Source: the human T2T-CHM13v2.0 reference genome, Homo sapiens. Taken from it: a stretch of 64,000 bases of DNA. The stretch is taken from assembly GCF_009914755.1 (NCBI RefSeq), contig NC_060925.1. One strand, given 5' to 3'. The first letter of the stretch is position 1. Every line of letters starts with the position of its first letter. The notes under the pieces were generated by a model. The model was not told the DNA's origin and ran no database searches. It saw only the letters and a program-made list of their open reading frames with translations. The translations under genes and the position numbers were made by a program. Shown in pieces: positions 1 through 12,506 of the stretch.

Positions 1-279
1 CATTAATGAAAAAAATAGATCCTCAGGAAAGCACTATAAAATCAGAGATAAAGAACAAAGAGTAAGATGCAATCCAAACAAATAGAGATACCTTACTTAG
101 ACCAAAGCTTCAGGATGATCAAAATGATAAGGCAGTTAAGAATAAAGAAATCCCCCAAAATCAAGTCCAACAAAGTCAAAAGACATCTGCATGGTCCTTA
201 CATGACTGAGCATATATGAAAAACACTGTGCTTGACCAACCCAAATCTCACACAAGCTGCTGGATTTCCTCAGGCTCTT

Positions 280-693
280 TACTTACGTTTGCATATTTCT
301 GAAATCAGGATGCCCCTCTCATTTGATGTATCTTGTAATGTTTCTGCTGCCCTGGATTGAACTCTCCTTTCTCCTTCCAGGTAGCTTTTGTGTTTGTTCT
401 TGCCAGTCACCTGAGGGCACTATCCAGTGGAGTCCACTTCAATTTAAATCCTCTGCTAAGAATTTCTGTACCATGTTAGCCCTGTGAATTCAGACTGCAC
501 ACCTGCAAAAGTGGCGGATTGTAGTTCACATTTTCAGGGGAGGTATTTTTCCCTTCTTCCATCCATTGTCAATATTGAAACGTGCAAGTTTCTTTAACTG
601 TTCCAAACATTGGGCTTAATTCATATTTACCTCTGCAGTGAGGGTTTAGGATGGTTTTTGCTGGAATCAGCTGTTAGAATTCCACTCTCCCTC

Positions 694-726
<33 letters not shown>

Positions 727-812
727 CTTCCCCACACCCCCTTTATCTTCAGTGGAGCATTAAATAACATTGCATCTTACAATCACGGGCATATTATGTG
801 TGAGAAAATATA
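280..812 (+). mobile_element. MER104-like (TcMar-Tc2) DNA transposon remnant in two pieces (~280-340, ~745-812), split by an old antisense L1-like fragment
   Basis: TTTCTGAAATCAGGATGC at ~296 and GCATCTTACAATC...GAAAATA at ~772-810 resemble MER104/Kanga internal and terminal motifs; highly diverged. Confidence 0.35.
685..728. repeat. (CT)n/(CTGT)n microsatellite
   Basis: Directly visible; it produces the SLSLSL run in ORF 610..813. Confidence 0.9.
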
Positions 813-2347
813 GGTTCTTTATACTGGGATTGAGCTAAAATTCACAGCTGAGCAGTCTCAAGCTTGCAGGGAGAATAATGAAAGTGTCAACATCTGCCTA
901 AAGGAAACTGTAGCAAACAAAGCCAAAGTTCAGATCCTTACAACTACTTTTGGATTTGTAGTGTGCTGGAAATGGAAACAATGGCACTTCAATTTCATAG
1001 GCCATTTTGGATTGTAGTAGTGCTATTTGCCGCATTTATGGATTCATCGTGAGCTCTTCTTTTTAATCTCCTGGTACAGTGCCCAGCATGTATTAGATGA
1101 TCATCTAGTATTTACTGAACTCCAATTTCTAGAATATGTCTATAAACCCTACTTGATCTGGCTCAGCTCTCAAAACAGATACGCTTCTTCATGTTGGTTT
1201 CCAAGATCTATCCAACAATCACTTTAGGGCAACAATCAGGAATTATACAAAGTTTGTAGGCAAACATTTTAATATAATTTTTAACTTTGCAGAACTGTTT
1301 TAATGTTGCTCTCTTGTTCTTGATATAGTTCAGATGAATTTATGGTTTTTTTTGCTTTTGTTTTTTCTCCCCCTGAAGAAATTGTTGTTATAAATTCTCA
1401 TTTTAAATAAAACCAGCTTTTTAAAAAGTGCATAAAATACATTGTGATGATGGCTGGATTGTTGATTTTCTGGCTTAGCTTATAGTCTATTCATTCTCCC
1501 TCCTTCAACAAGACAAACCAATTTTTCTGTAGAGTGTTGTGGACTGTAGGCTACATTTTTTTTTCTCTTAGTCTGTAGTTACTCTATTGCCACCCAAAGT
1601 TGACTTTTTTGACTCCAGTTTGTTTTTCTCAAAAATTGAATTTCACATTTATCTTTGTTTCCCTTTTTCTTGATGTTTATGAGGTGAAGGCCCACTAAAA
1701 TTCTGTGGGCCTGCAACTGTCTCCTAAAAAAACTAGTTTGAAGTACCACTGGCCCCACCCACATCTTCCTCACCAGTTGCCAGCCCACTGGAGCCAGGGA
1801 GGAAACTTGGAAAGCAGAAGAACCTGTTCCAATTGTCAAGAAAGCAAATTCTGAAGGAATGACTAACAGTATTATCAGCTCTATATATCTCCAGTTTCTC
1901 AAAGGAATGATAATCCTATTATGGTAGATAAACCCAATCTTTGGGTTCCAACGTACAGATAATCAGTTCAGTTGTTCTTCACATTCCATCAGTAACCTGA
2001 AATGTAACTCCTTTCCTTTCATTCTTTTTTTTTTTGTCTTCCTCTATCTCCCTCCCTCCCTGCCTTACTCCCTTTTATTTTTCTTTTGTCCATATTTTTT
2101 GACTTGAACTTATTAAGTATCATTTTTTGGTAATGGTGATCATAAATCACTGTCACTTTCAACTACCTATCACACTTCCTACCAAAGGCAAGTATGTCAA
2201 AGCATATTTGCCCCTGGTCATTACTTCCCCAAATTCACCTTTGTTAGGTCTTGGAATGAAGTAAAACGAGAAAAACATGTTTACATAGTTGCATGTGGTC
2301 TTTCTAGTCAAATCATTGTGATGATAAGAATCTTGATCAATTTTATA

Positions 2348-2428
2348 TTAGGTTGGTGCAAAAGTAAGTGTGGCTTTTTTCCATTAAAAGTAATGGTAAA
2401 AACCACAATCACATTTGTACCAACCTAA
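2348..2428. mobile_element. MADE1 mariner MITE (Hsmar1-derived), full length
   Basis: 81-bp palindrome TTAGGTTGGTGCAAAAGTAA...TTTGTACCAACCTAA flanked by TA target duplications (2346-2347, 2429-2430). Confidence 0.95.
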
Positions 2429-2429
2429 T

Positions 2430-2625
2430 AGCAATGGCTAGCATTTTATGGAGCTCATACCTAGGTATCAGACATATTCAAAATTCTTTACATGGATTTT
2501 CTAATTTAATCCTATGAGGCAAATACTGTATTTCTGCATTTCATAAATAAGAAGGGTGGTCCCCAGAGAAGTTAAATAACATTGCCAAAGTCATAGAATA
2601 CTAAGTTTGGGTTAGGATCCTGATA
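2430..2625 (-). mobile_element. MIR SINE
   Basis: Antisense MIR core: TTTAATCCTATGAGG...AGAGAAGTTAAATAACATTGCCAAAGTCA. Confidence 0.75.
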
Positions 2626-3618
2626 TAAGTACCTTGATACTTGGGAGCCTTTTTGGTAAAATAAATTTAAAATTTCATACAGTCTATACATAGAAGACAT
2701 ATCCTGAAATAAAGACATTTAGGAGAAAGAAAATGACTATAACAAGAAGTATGTAGTTTAAGGCACTTACAAATGAAAGAAGATCCCTTGTCTGAGCTGT
2801 GTTATTCCATCCCTTGAATCAAAAATAGCCTCTTGTCTGTGTAAGCTGGATATCATTCCTCAGACTGGTTTGCCTAAGGTAAGGTTAATAATTTCTGCAG
2901 AGAGGCGCACACTTGGTTATTCAAAGCCCATTTGTTAGAAATGCTTCCTATTTCAGTGAATGATTGGTGCCTTGTCACTGGTGCTCCTTGACTCCATAGT
3001 TATAAAGTTTCTAAAATTCTTGGACCACTATCATACAATCCTTCTCTCCTGGAGTAGCCTTTGGAATTTATTTTTCTTCCCAAAGCAGTTCCTGCTATAT
3101 AGTCTTTCAGTAACATTCCCTGGGACACTTGTTACATAGACAATGGTGCCATTTTGACCTTGATTTCATCAGACTGAGTAACAAAGAGTGATTCTCTTGA
3201 TTTTTTTTCAGCATCTTTCCACTTCATTTATTCTACACCCTTCATTATCCTTCAAACGTATCTTTTTCCTCTATTTTGACTCTTGCACAATCCCGCATTC
3301 CTAGAGCAAAATAGTCGTCTTTTCCTCCATATGTCTTCCTCAGGACAATTGAGAGGATTTAGTTAGAGTATGCAATCCCAGCAACTATAGGGCAGCTTTA
3401 GTTGCTCCATGAGTATTTTAAGGATTGAACAAGAGATGCTTACTTTTGGGCTGTTCTTATACTTTTTTGATCACCCCAGTTCTCCTTCTTCTAAGTGCTC
3501 CTGAGGCCTCAAAGAAGAGGTACACTTAGATTAGTGAGTCTATCCCTTATAGTCTCTGTTAACTAGCTCTACCAATAGATGGTTCCTAGGGTGCCCATAC
3601 ACCAATAAGTAGGGCTGT

Positions 3619-4056
3619 TGTGATGGATAATGCTGAGTGTCAACTTGATTAAATTGAAGGATGCAATGTGTTGATCCTGGGTGTGTCTGTGAGGATGTTG
3701 TCAAAGGAGATTAACATTTGATTCAGTGGGCTGGGGAAGGCAGACCCAACCTTAATCTAGTGGGCACAATCTAATCAGTTGCCAGCGAATATAAAGCAGG
3801 CAGAAAAACATGAAAAGGCGAGATTGGCCTAGACTCCCAGCATCCATCTTTCTCCCGTGCTGGATGCTTCCTGCTCTCGAACATCAGACTCCAAGTTCTT
3901 CAGTCTGGGAACTCAGACTGGCTCTCCTTGTTCCTTAAGCCTGCAGATAGCCTATTGTGGGAACTTGTGATCGTGTAAGATAATACCTAATAAACTCCCA
4001 TGTATATATAATCTATCATATTAGTTCTGTCCCTCTAAGAAATCCTGACTAATATA
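3619..4056 (+). mobile_element. MLT2A1 (HERV-L) solo LTR, full length
   Basis: Begins TGTGATGG...GAGTGTCAACTTGATT and ends GACTAATATA; perfect 5-bp TSD GCTGT (3614-3618, 4057-4061); TATAAAG at 3790 and AATAAA near 3989. Confidence 0.93.
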
Positions 4057-5619
4057 GCTGTAAATTTGCACTGGGATGACATACCCTGCAATGTGCTTTA
4101 CACATACATATTGATACATTATAAAAGTGTGTGATTATTCTGTTGGTTAAAATACATTTGGTCACTGTTCTTTTACAGAAACACTCAGGTACCACATCAA
4201 AGTCAATGTTTATCCCTAATTTTATCAGCTTTTAAATATTTTCAGAGCCAAGGATTCCTGAATTCCTCAACTATTCAAAATTATTTCACCAACAATGAGT
4301 ATACTACATGTTCCTGCTTTCAATGTTGATCTATAACCTATTACATTTGTTTTGATTATGTAAACTATGTACATTTCTAATTAAATTACAGAGGGAAAGA
4401 ATTAAGCAAGCCTCAAATATAAGAAACTAATTTTTTTATATTTCTAGAGGTTGTCAAAATCCTGTTATAAAATCTTACTATAATATGCAAGAAGAATGGA
4501 ACAGAAACAAAATTAAGTATGATTTGACTCAAACAAAGCAACGATTTTTTAAAGTTTTTATTTAAAAAAATTAAATGCCTGTAAATAAGAGAAAATGCTT
4601 AAAACATCTTCCTATGATAGCTACTTAACTTCTGTGTGTAATGGTTATGTGCCTGAAATGTAATAGGTGACTAAAAAATATTTGTTCCATGTGTGAACCT
4701 GAATTCCTAAGGGGTTACTCCTAACATAAACAAACAAACAAACAAATAGAAGTGAGAAAGGAACTGCACCACTCAGAGGTTATTTGTTGCAAGATGGAAG
4801 ATGTACAGAAGGCAGGTGCAGAGGCTTCCTGCTAAGGCCTGTGGCTGTCAGAAGAGCAGTTGGTGGCCAGGAGAGCAGCATACCTCAAGGAGGGTGAGGC
4901 AACTGGATGGTTAGGGAGATGGAATGACTAGAAGCAGCTGCAATGAGAAAAAGGGCTTAAGGGGAATTTTAGGCAGTTTTCCTATGGAAGAACTCTATAA
5001 ATCTTTTATACATTTTTATACCACCCTCGAAAGAAACTCATAATAAAAGTTGGTTATTCTTCAAGGAGTTTGGAAGTCAATCCATGTAATTTTGAAAAAA
5101 ACACAGATCTGAGACTGGTCCTGCAGTAGTAGCAGTTTTATTTAGGTTTTCTCTTACCCCTGGTGCATTTATCAAAATACTTTTCCACATCAGTACATTC
5201 TCTAAAGAGAATATATTAGTCGTTCTATCTTCAGGTTCAGAAATGCATCCTGCTTCACAGGCTGGGAACAGGCTGAGAGAAGCCAGACTCTGACCATAAG
5301 ATTTACTCACTTTAGCAGGATCAGTCCTGGAAGAGCTGACCTGAGTTGCAGGGTGCATGGGTTCAATCAAACTCTAGTTGTATTGAAGGTGAATAAAATA
5401 GGTGGTTGATGGGATCCCACATTCAAATAGTTGCTTGTTTGGAAAGACTGGGTTACATGACACTCAGAAATTTAGTTGATTACAGCAGCTGCTGGCAGGA
5501 AGGCTGGGCTTGCTTGCTGGGTTTCAGGGTCAGGTCTGCAGACTTATGAAAACTAAGAAAGTTCTAGCTGGTTTCTTGGTTACAGTCAACTAAAATCAAT
5601 TAAATCTTGAGCACCATGC

Positions 5620-5808
5620 TCAGAAGATGGACAGGAAAAAGGAAGCTGGATTATTGCTGCCACTGACACTCTACAGAGGATGCTGTACTACTGCTGCCCA
5701 CAGGAATTCTGAATTGTTCCTGCATTTATGGACATTTACTCCAAATGCCCTGGCAGGAGGAGTCAAATGGCACAAGCTTAGGTCATTTGTGAGTTTCCTT
5801 TAGCTGCT
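5620..5808 (-). mobile_element. Old MaLR LTR fragment (MLT1K/L/M-like)
   Basis: GGCAGGAGGAGTCAAATGGCACAAGCTTAGGTCA...TAGCTGC resembles the antisense MLT1K/L motif; very diverged. Confidence 0.35.
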
Positions 5809-6314
5809 TTTTAATTTTTTAAAAAACATAAATATTAAAATAATTTTTAATTAAAATGTATTTAGACTTTTTAAAATAGAAATTAAACATTTTTAAATAG
5901 AAAAATACCTTTTTTTCTCCTTGGTTTCCCTCCAGGAACCAACTTTCTGTCAAGAGTTACATGATGGCAGATTCCAGAAGCTTATGAGATTTTAGATGTG
6001 AAAAAACAAATGTCTACAATACTGATCAAGAAGAAGAAATGATTACTAGATCACTTACCAGAAGGCAAAAAATGATGGAGCTCAGTTATGAAAACAGGGC
6101 ACGCGAGATAGACTGGGGATGGGGAACAGATAGAGTTCTTTGCCAGAGTTGGAACGCTGAGTGAAGGCTGATCTAGTTGCAGCTTGATTCTGAGCATGGT
6201 TCTTAATCTCCTGACACAGTGAACATTCAATCTTGGGATGCGAGGCTGTTGTTGAGCCTGCTGATACCCAGATTGAGGCTGATTATCAGCCGTGATGGTG
6301 AAGACTTTTAACAT

Positions 6315-6495
6315 GGGATTTAGTAGACCATATTGGCATTTTAATAAATGCTATGATAAGTTATATCAAATCCCTTATTAACAAAGCGAAATAGTGGGTT
6401 TGGAAATTTTATACAAGTAATTTAGTTTGTTTTTGTGTTAATTATATAAGCCCATTAATTTACAGGTGACCTATAGGAATAATAGTGTTACCAAT
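6315..6495 (+). mobile_element. L3/CR1 LINE reverse-transcriptase remnant
   Basis: GTAGACCATATTGGCATTTTAATAAATGCTATGATAAG...GTGGGTTTGGA aligns by eye with the CR1 'VD.IYLDF.KAFDKV...KYGL' coding region; frameshifted. Confidence 0.4.
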
Positions 6496-9099
6496 TGTTA
6501 AATTGGTATGTAATGAGTGGACTTTGAAAAAGCTTTGTGAAAGTAAATAAACCTTGAAATTTAAAGTTAATACTGACTAGACACCACTATTCTCATTTTA
6601 CTGCAAAAATACCTTGGCTGCAGTCTTTAATAGCTTTCATTCCCCTCCAGGTCTCCCAGAATTCCTTGGCTAGATGCCAGGGCCTGAGCTGGCCACTGGT
6701 TGGATCTGGGACCTCTGATGTTTAGCAACAGTTAAGCTATTTGCAACTACGTGTTCCCAGGTGCATTCCTTTCTCCTGTGCCTAAGGATGCTGAGGGATG
6801 CTGAGGGTATCTTTATGACAGCATACGATTCGTTGTCACAGGAATAAAATTCAGTGGGCTTTTATAGCAGCAGCCGCTATACTGGAATTGGGAGAAGTAA
6901 TTCTCCAGGTAATCACAAAAGTACAAAGGAAAAGGAAAAGGTATAAGAAGAAGAAATAGAAACAAATATATTATTTTCAGGCAAAGCACCAAGAGAGCGG
7001 GAGGGAGGGCTAAGAACCAGCATTTATTTTGTTGTGACTATGGCTTCAAGGTTTCCAATAAGCCCAGGAAAAGGAGAAATGCAGAAGTCAGATGTGGATG
7101 TAACAGCCAAGAAATGCTGTCATCTGCAACACTGCCAGCTCTCTGGTCTCCAGGGCTAAAATTGTAGAAGTGGTTTTCTAGTCTGAAAAATCTACAGATG
7201 TAAAGACAAAAAGTATATTGGATATATCAGAATGTTGGATAGCTGGTGATTAAGTAATGGAAAAAAGAAAAAGAAAAAACTCTTTGAATAGAGCACATTC
7301 CCCTATCTGTTATATTGTGTTAGTTTGTCAGACAGAAGAAAAGTCTTTACAATAAAGAAAGTCACAAAGACCTGAGAGTGATGATTGCAGACATCCTTTA
7401 TGGAACCAGAATTAGAAGAAAAAGAAAGTAACGTAATAAGGTTGCCTCATTATTTTGCAAATTTTGGCTGTGAGATGAATTCTTGTTGCAAAAACAGGAG
7501 GTTGAATTCCTGTGACCCCTTTTGGAGAACGAGTGAAAATTCCGTCTTGGACAGGCAACATTTAGAAAATAAGTGGGATCATTCATCCTCTGACTCTAAC
7601 ATCAATGGTGATTTCAACTGTTTTGAATGGATTCAGGGAAATAATTCACATTCTCTACTAGAAGCACACACACACATGACCACTAATGCATATTTCCACA
7701 TAGCTTGCAAATTTTGCCTGCCTTAAGGAAATTATCTTCCATCTGAAGCATGTCTGCTGAAGTATGGTGTGCCAGTCATTATGGTGTCCTGTGGTGTCCT
7801 GTGCTTCCAGTTGTAGCCAATATAGATCGATTTACAAAGACTTCTCAACCAACAGATCTATAGTGTAAAAAATAATGGCTAATGTTTCTTTTTAAAGTGT
7901 TAAAACCTTTCTTGATTCATAAACAGTAACAGGTAGCACCACCTCTGAATACCTGGTAAAAGCAACTCTTTCTTCTGCAGCACTCTTCAGTGCACTTGAG
8001 TATTCTGGATTCTCCTCTAGGACTCTGGTAATATGGGAGAGGATGCATGGTGGGGAGGACTCCATTCTGTGCCTTAGCCAACTAATAAGGAAGCCGGCTT
8101 ATTGACTGGATCTTGAGCTCCCCATTTCCCAGGGCTTCTAAGCCTGTACTTGATTTCTAAGTATTTGATTTGTTCATGGAGGCTAAGTGCCTGCCACAAT
8201 TTCTCCTCCTTTCTGTTAGCTTCACAGTAGCTCTTCATTTCCTGGATTCAGTCCATTCTGTACTTTCAGAATGCTAAATAGGCAATGCCTTCACTCATTT
8301 CTGGAACAAACTCTGCATTGACAAACATCCTAATTTATCCAACTTTGTTTCTTTAAACCCATCTCCATATATCACTGTGATAAAAATTCAAGCATTAGAA
8401 TAATTCTCCAGCTTATATTCACACTTCTCAAATATAGCATGGACTCTCTTTAAAATCAAATTATGTGCAATTTTGAAAGGTACATAAATTGTACTTACTT
8501 TCATTTATGCCATTTTCCTATTTTCCACAGCCTTGGTATAATAAGCATATGTCCTGGTTGATTATAATGGTGACATTCATTTATCCAGTTTTTTACTTCA
8601 GAAAGATGTCCATTTCATTGAAATAGTTTATATATGATACTTTCAGTGTAAGTGAAGAGCAAAAGCCCCTACAGTCTTACTTGCTAGGTATGGCTCTACG
8701 CAAAGTGTTTCTATAGCTTCTCTGAGAGTTCCCGAGGGATTTCTCATAATAATTCAGGAATAGGTTGCTCCTGTCCTTCATACAGGAGTCCTTCCTTTGT
8801 AACACACTCCCATCTTTGATGCTGATGGGATATGAAGGTAGGTAGGCACTCCATCTAAGTCAGGCAGTTCTGTTGCTATCTCCTCTCTGGCCTTGTGGGT
8901 CCCAGAGTGGAGGAGACATTTCTCCCCCATTTTAGTAAAATGCTTCTGATGATGGTAATTTAAATGAGGGATGTGGGAATGAGGTACATCCAGCCTCACC
9001 AACTAGATGAATGTGGTACTGTTCTCTGAGTTAATGATTATAGGGGGAGATAAGGAAGTGCCTTGGGAATGGCATGAAAAGTCCACTTTTGCATATTAG

Positions 9100-9385
9100 T
9101 TTGTGTTAACATCCATGTAAGGTAACAGAAGGCAGCTGGATAACATACAAATGAATCTTATGAGAGTGGTGTGGTCTAGAAATATAATTGAAAGTTATAA
9201 GGAAATAAATGGTAATTAAAGTCATGAGAGTGGACAATTTAGCCCTCGAATTCTGTGGTAAGAGAAGAAGATTTCAGAGAAAGGATCAAAAACATTTAAG
9301 GCACAGTCAGGGACTAGCAGTCCGAAATGGACTCTGTTGGAAGATCCAAGAGGAGTAAGAGAAAATCCAGTAGAGGAAAGAACTT
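9100..9385 (-). mobile_element. L2 LINE fragment
   Basis: GGCAGCTGGATA...ATGGTAATTAAAGTCATGAGAGTGGA...AACATTTAAG matches antisense L2. Confidence 0.6.
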
Positions 9386-9437
9386 GGCCATTTATTGGAT
9401 GTGACAATAACGCATAAACAGTTAAAAAATGATTCTA

Positions 9438-9561
9438 CCCCTATAATCTCAGCACTTTGGGAGGCTGAGGCAGGAGGACTGCTTAACCCCAGGAGTTTGA
9501 GGCTGCAGTGAACTATGATTGCACCACTGCACCCCAGCCTGTCTCTAGAAAAAAAAAAAAA
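9438..9561 (+). mobile_element. Alu monomer (FRAM/AluJ-like, 5'-truncated, internally deleted)
   Basis: AGCACTTTGGGAGGCTGAGGCAGGAGGA...GAGGCTGCAGTGAACTATGATTGCACCACTGCAC plus A-tail; TSD core GATTCTA at 9431-9437 and 9562-9568. Confidence 0.9.
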
Positions 9562-10784
9562 GATTCTAAAGTTTTGACTATGAGACTTACTGGTATATAT
9601 TGGTGACCTGTAAATGTTTATAAATGTATTTGTATAGTTAAATTCCATTTTAACAAGAACTAATATGGGGAAAAAGTTTTCAACAATAAGATTATTTCTA
9701 AGCCCACGTCAATGGCTTAGAGCATTAGGGCCTTGTTGATCTCATCACAACAAAATTCCCTACTATGAATTATTTAGTATAATAACTTTCCTCATAAGAA
9801 TACACACCATTTCATGAAGGTTGATTTAAGTTAAAAAAGTCATTCTCTAGAGTCAGAGTGATTTATCCAACGTGAAATGTGTTGTGCTCTACTGGAAACT
9901 GAAGATGGGCTCTGGGATGTGCATTTAAATGGAGCTAATGAATTTCCTCTGTACAGTCCAGCCTGGGGAGAAGTGGAGAAGTCAGTTTCATAAAGCATGC
10001 GGTAGAATTGCCCTCTCTGGCTCTCCAGATTATAACATAGATTTTGTCCCCTTTTCTCTAAATCTATTCTTGTGTTTTGTGTGTTACTGTAGTTTTTACA
10101 CTTTCATCATCTAATTTTCTTCTCTGCCCTCTCTCCCTTCCTTCAGGCCTCCCTCTTTCTCTACCTTTCTACCTCCCTCCCTGCCTTCCTTCTGTTTTCC
10201 TTTAATTAAGACTGGTGTCTCAGTGATGATCTGAAGAGATGCTCACTGCGTGCTTACAAGTTCTTCCACACACGCTGTTCTCAGCTGTTCTCATGGTGTG
10301 CACTCTCCTGCTAAGAGCTGCAAAGTGGGGCCTCTTCTGATTTGGTAAAGAAGAATCTGACTTTGTGCAAGAAATAAGTGTGTTTTTAGTCTTTATTGTT
10401 TTTGTTTATTTGTTCATTGCTTTGGTGCGCTTTTTCTGAGAGCTCTGTTCCTTCTGTTTTTTATTTGAGTCTGGGGAGATGGGAGGTGATTTCCCCTTTC
10501 AGACTTTTTGTTTGGGCTGTGCATTCAGTTCAGAATTTAATTCTGGTCACCTCAACTCTTTTCGAAAGAGCCTTTTCACAAGATCCTCAAGAGGTGACCT
10601 GCACTGTTATCACCTGGGGTGATAGAAACCCTAAGGGCATAACTTAGGAATCTTTCTTTTTAGTTAAGTTATTTGGGTAATCACTATGCTCACTGAAACC
10701 TAAGACCTTCACTCTAAAAGCATTTTATAGGAAGACAACAATCACATAAACTGCATTTTCCTCACTCCACATCAGTTCATAAAT

Positions 10785-11200
10785 AAGAGTGTAAACTTCC
10801 TTAGGTCAGGAATCTTGATTTTATTTCTTTGTATCTTAGACAAGGCATTATGCAACCATGGGATAAGTGCGGTTCTAGAAGCCAAGAACATCTAAGCGCC
10901 AACTCTCTCTGCAGTGTCTCACCTGTGAAGTTCATTAACCACCCTGAAATATAATATTCCTAAGACAGTAATTAAGCATTAGTTTCCTAGCCAACTGATA
11001 TAAAATGGAATGGATATGTAAAGTATCCGGTAGGAGACCTGGAGTTGGAGCTTTAAAAAAATGTTACTTTCACTTTCACTTTCTATGAGACTTGATTCTT
11101 TCATTTATAGAATAGAAATTTTATACTGATATTATACACTGGTGAGAAGACAAGAGTAGGAAAGTATGTGAAAACAAAGCTTTGCTTGCCATATGTGACT
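10785..11200 (+). mobile_element. L2 3'-end piece followed by MIR fragments
   Basis: GTGTAAACTTCCTTAGGTCAGGAATC (L2 tail), then degenerate MIR-like segments. Confidence 0.45.
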
Positions 11201-11299
11201 ATTATCCTTTAGGTATATATCATGATATCAGTCAATCAAGCTAGAGGTATCACATAGATGATACACTATGTACAAATAGTGTTATGTACAAATATGCCT

Positions 11300-12090
11300 A
11301 CTATGTACAAATCCCTCTGCTGGGTGAGCTTGTGGATTCAAAATTAAAATCACAGGATTCCTGAACTCCAGGACCTCACAGTCTAATGAGTAACAAGAGT
11401 AAGTACGTGTACAATTCTTATAGAAGGTAACCTATGCTCTGTGCTGCCTATTCAGTAGTTAAAAACTTAAAGCTTACAAGAGTTGTTTTGGAGGAGGAAG
11501 AAATTAATTCTGACTAGGAGATTGGAACATTTCCCCCATTTAATGCTGGCTGAATTTAAAAGAGAAAATAAAATTAAGGAAAACCCTATCTCTGCTTATT
11601 TAATCTGCTTGGGAGGGCTTTAATTACTTAGAAGAGAGAAGGAGCAAAGTACAGTAGAACCTTATTAACTGGAACACTCTGAATTGGGATAATGGGATTC
11701 TCTTGTTAATTTTCTCCTTAAGACCAAAAAGTCTGTATTTTGTTCTTCCTATTCCTACATTTAATAATGCCTATTTGAATAGTTCTTACTGAATTAATCT
11801 AGGTTCAACAATGGTAGGCACTATAGTGGATATGGATGATTCATAATAGATAATTCCTGACTTCCAGAGTTTATTATCTCATAGATTAAAAGAGATATTA
11901 ACTTATGAAAGCATAACAACAACATAAGGAAATATATAACCAGCTGGAAATAAATGAGTCCTTTAAAGATTAGGAAATGAAAAATATTTTCAATTGGAAT
12001 AGATTAATAAGATTGAGTCAGAATACATTAATTTGGATCAAAAGATGACATAATAAAGCAAGTATTTGGAAATATTAAAAAGCTGACAGT
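11300..12090 (-). mobile_element. L2 fragments (two pieces)
   Basis: CCTGAACTCCAGGACCTCACAGTCTAATG and TTCCTGACTTCCAGAGTTTATTATCT resemble the antisense L2 3' region. Confidence 0.5.
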
Positions 12091-12274
12091 ATACAGAATG
12101 GTTTGAATTTGAAGAGACTTGAAAAGACAAATCTGGCAGTTTTTACAGTATCTGATAATCTCACTTAATATTTCTCAGATGATTAAATTCTGGAGTTCTC
12201 ATTTTGAAGACCGTCACCATTGGTTAACATTTCCTGAGTGAGTACAATGTACAAAGCAAACACAAATGCTGTCA

Positions 12275-12506
12275 GACCTACTGATTAAAAGTGTGGGATT
12301 AGAAATCTAAGGACTAGAGTTAAATAACAACATTGGCAATTGTCTTTGGAGACTTGGACAACTTACTTAAACTTCTAAACCAAGGTTTCCTGAGCTGTAA
12401 AGTGATAACAATAATAGTGTCTCACTTTTTCTTACTTATGGTTATTTGGCCCAGTGCCAGGAACATGGTAAACATTCAGTAACTGTTAACAACCATTATC
12501 ATTATT
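12275..12506 (+). mobile_element. MIR SINE
   Basis: GACTTGGACAACTTACTTAAAC...GTTTCCTGAGCTGTAAAGTG...CAGTGCCAGGAACATGGTAAACATTCAGTAA. Confidence 0.75.

Noticed and set aside
1579-3560. Possible ancient retroviral internal sequence on the minus strand
   Set aside because: Only a vague resemblance; I could not identify a diagnostic gag or pol motif. A Dfam search is needed.
7385-7726. 113-aa ORF in unassigned DNA
   Set aside because: Non-ATG start and no recognisable homology; length is within chance expectation.
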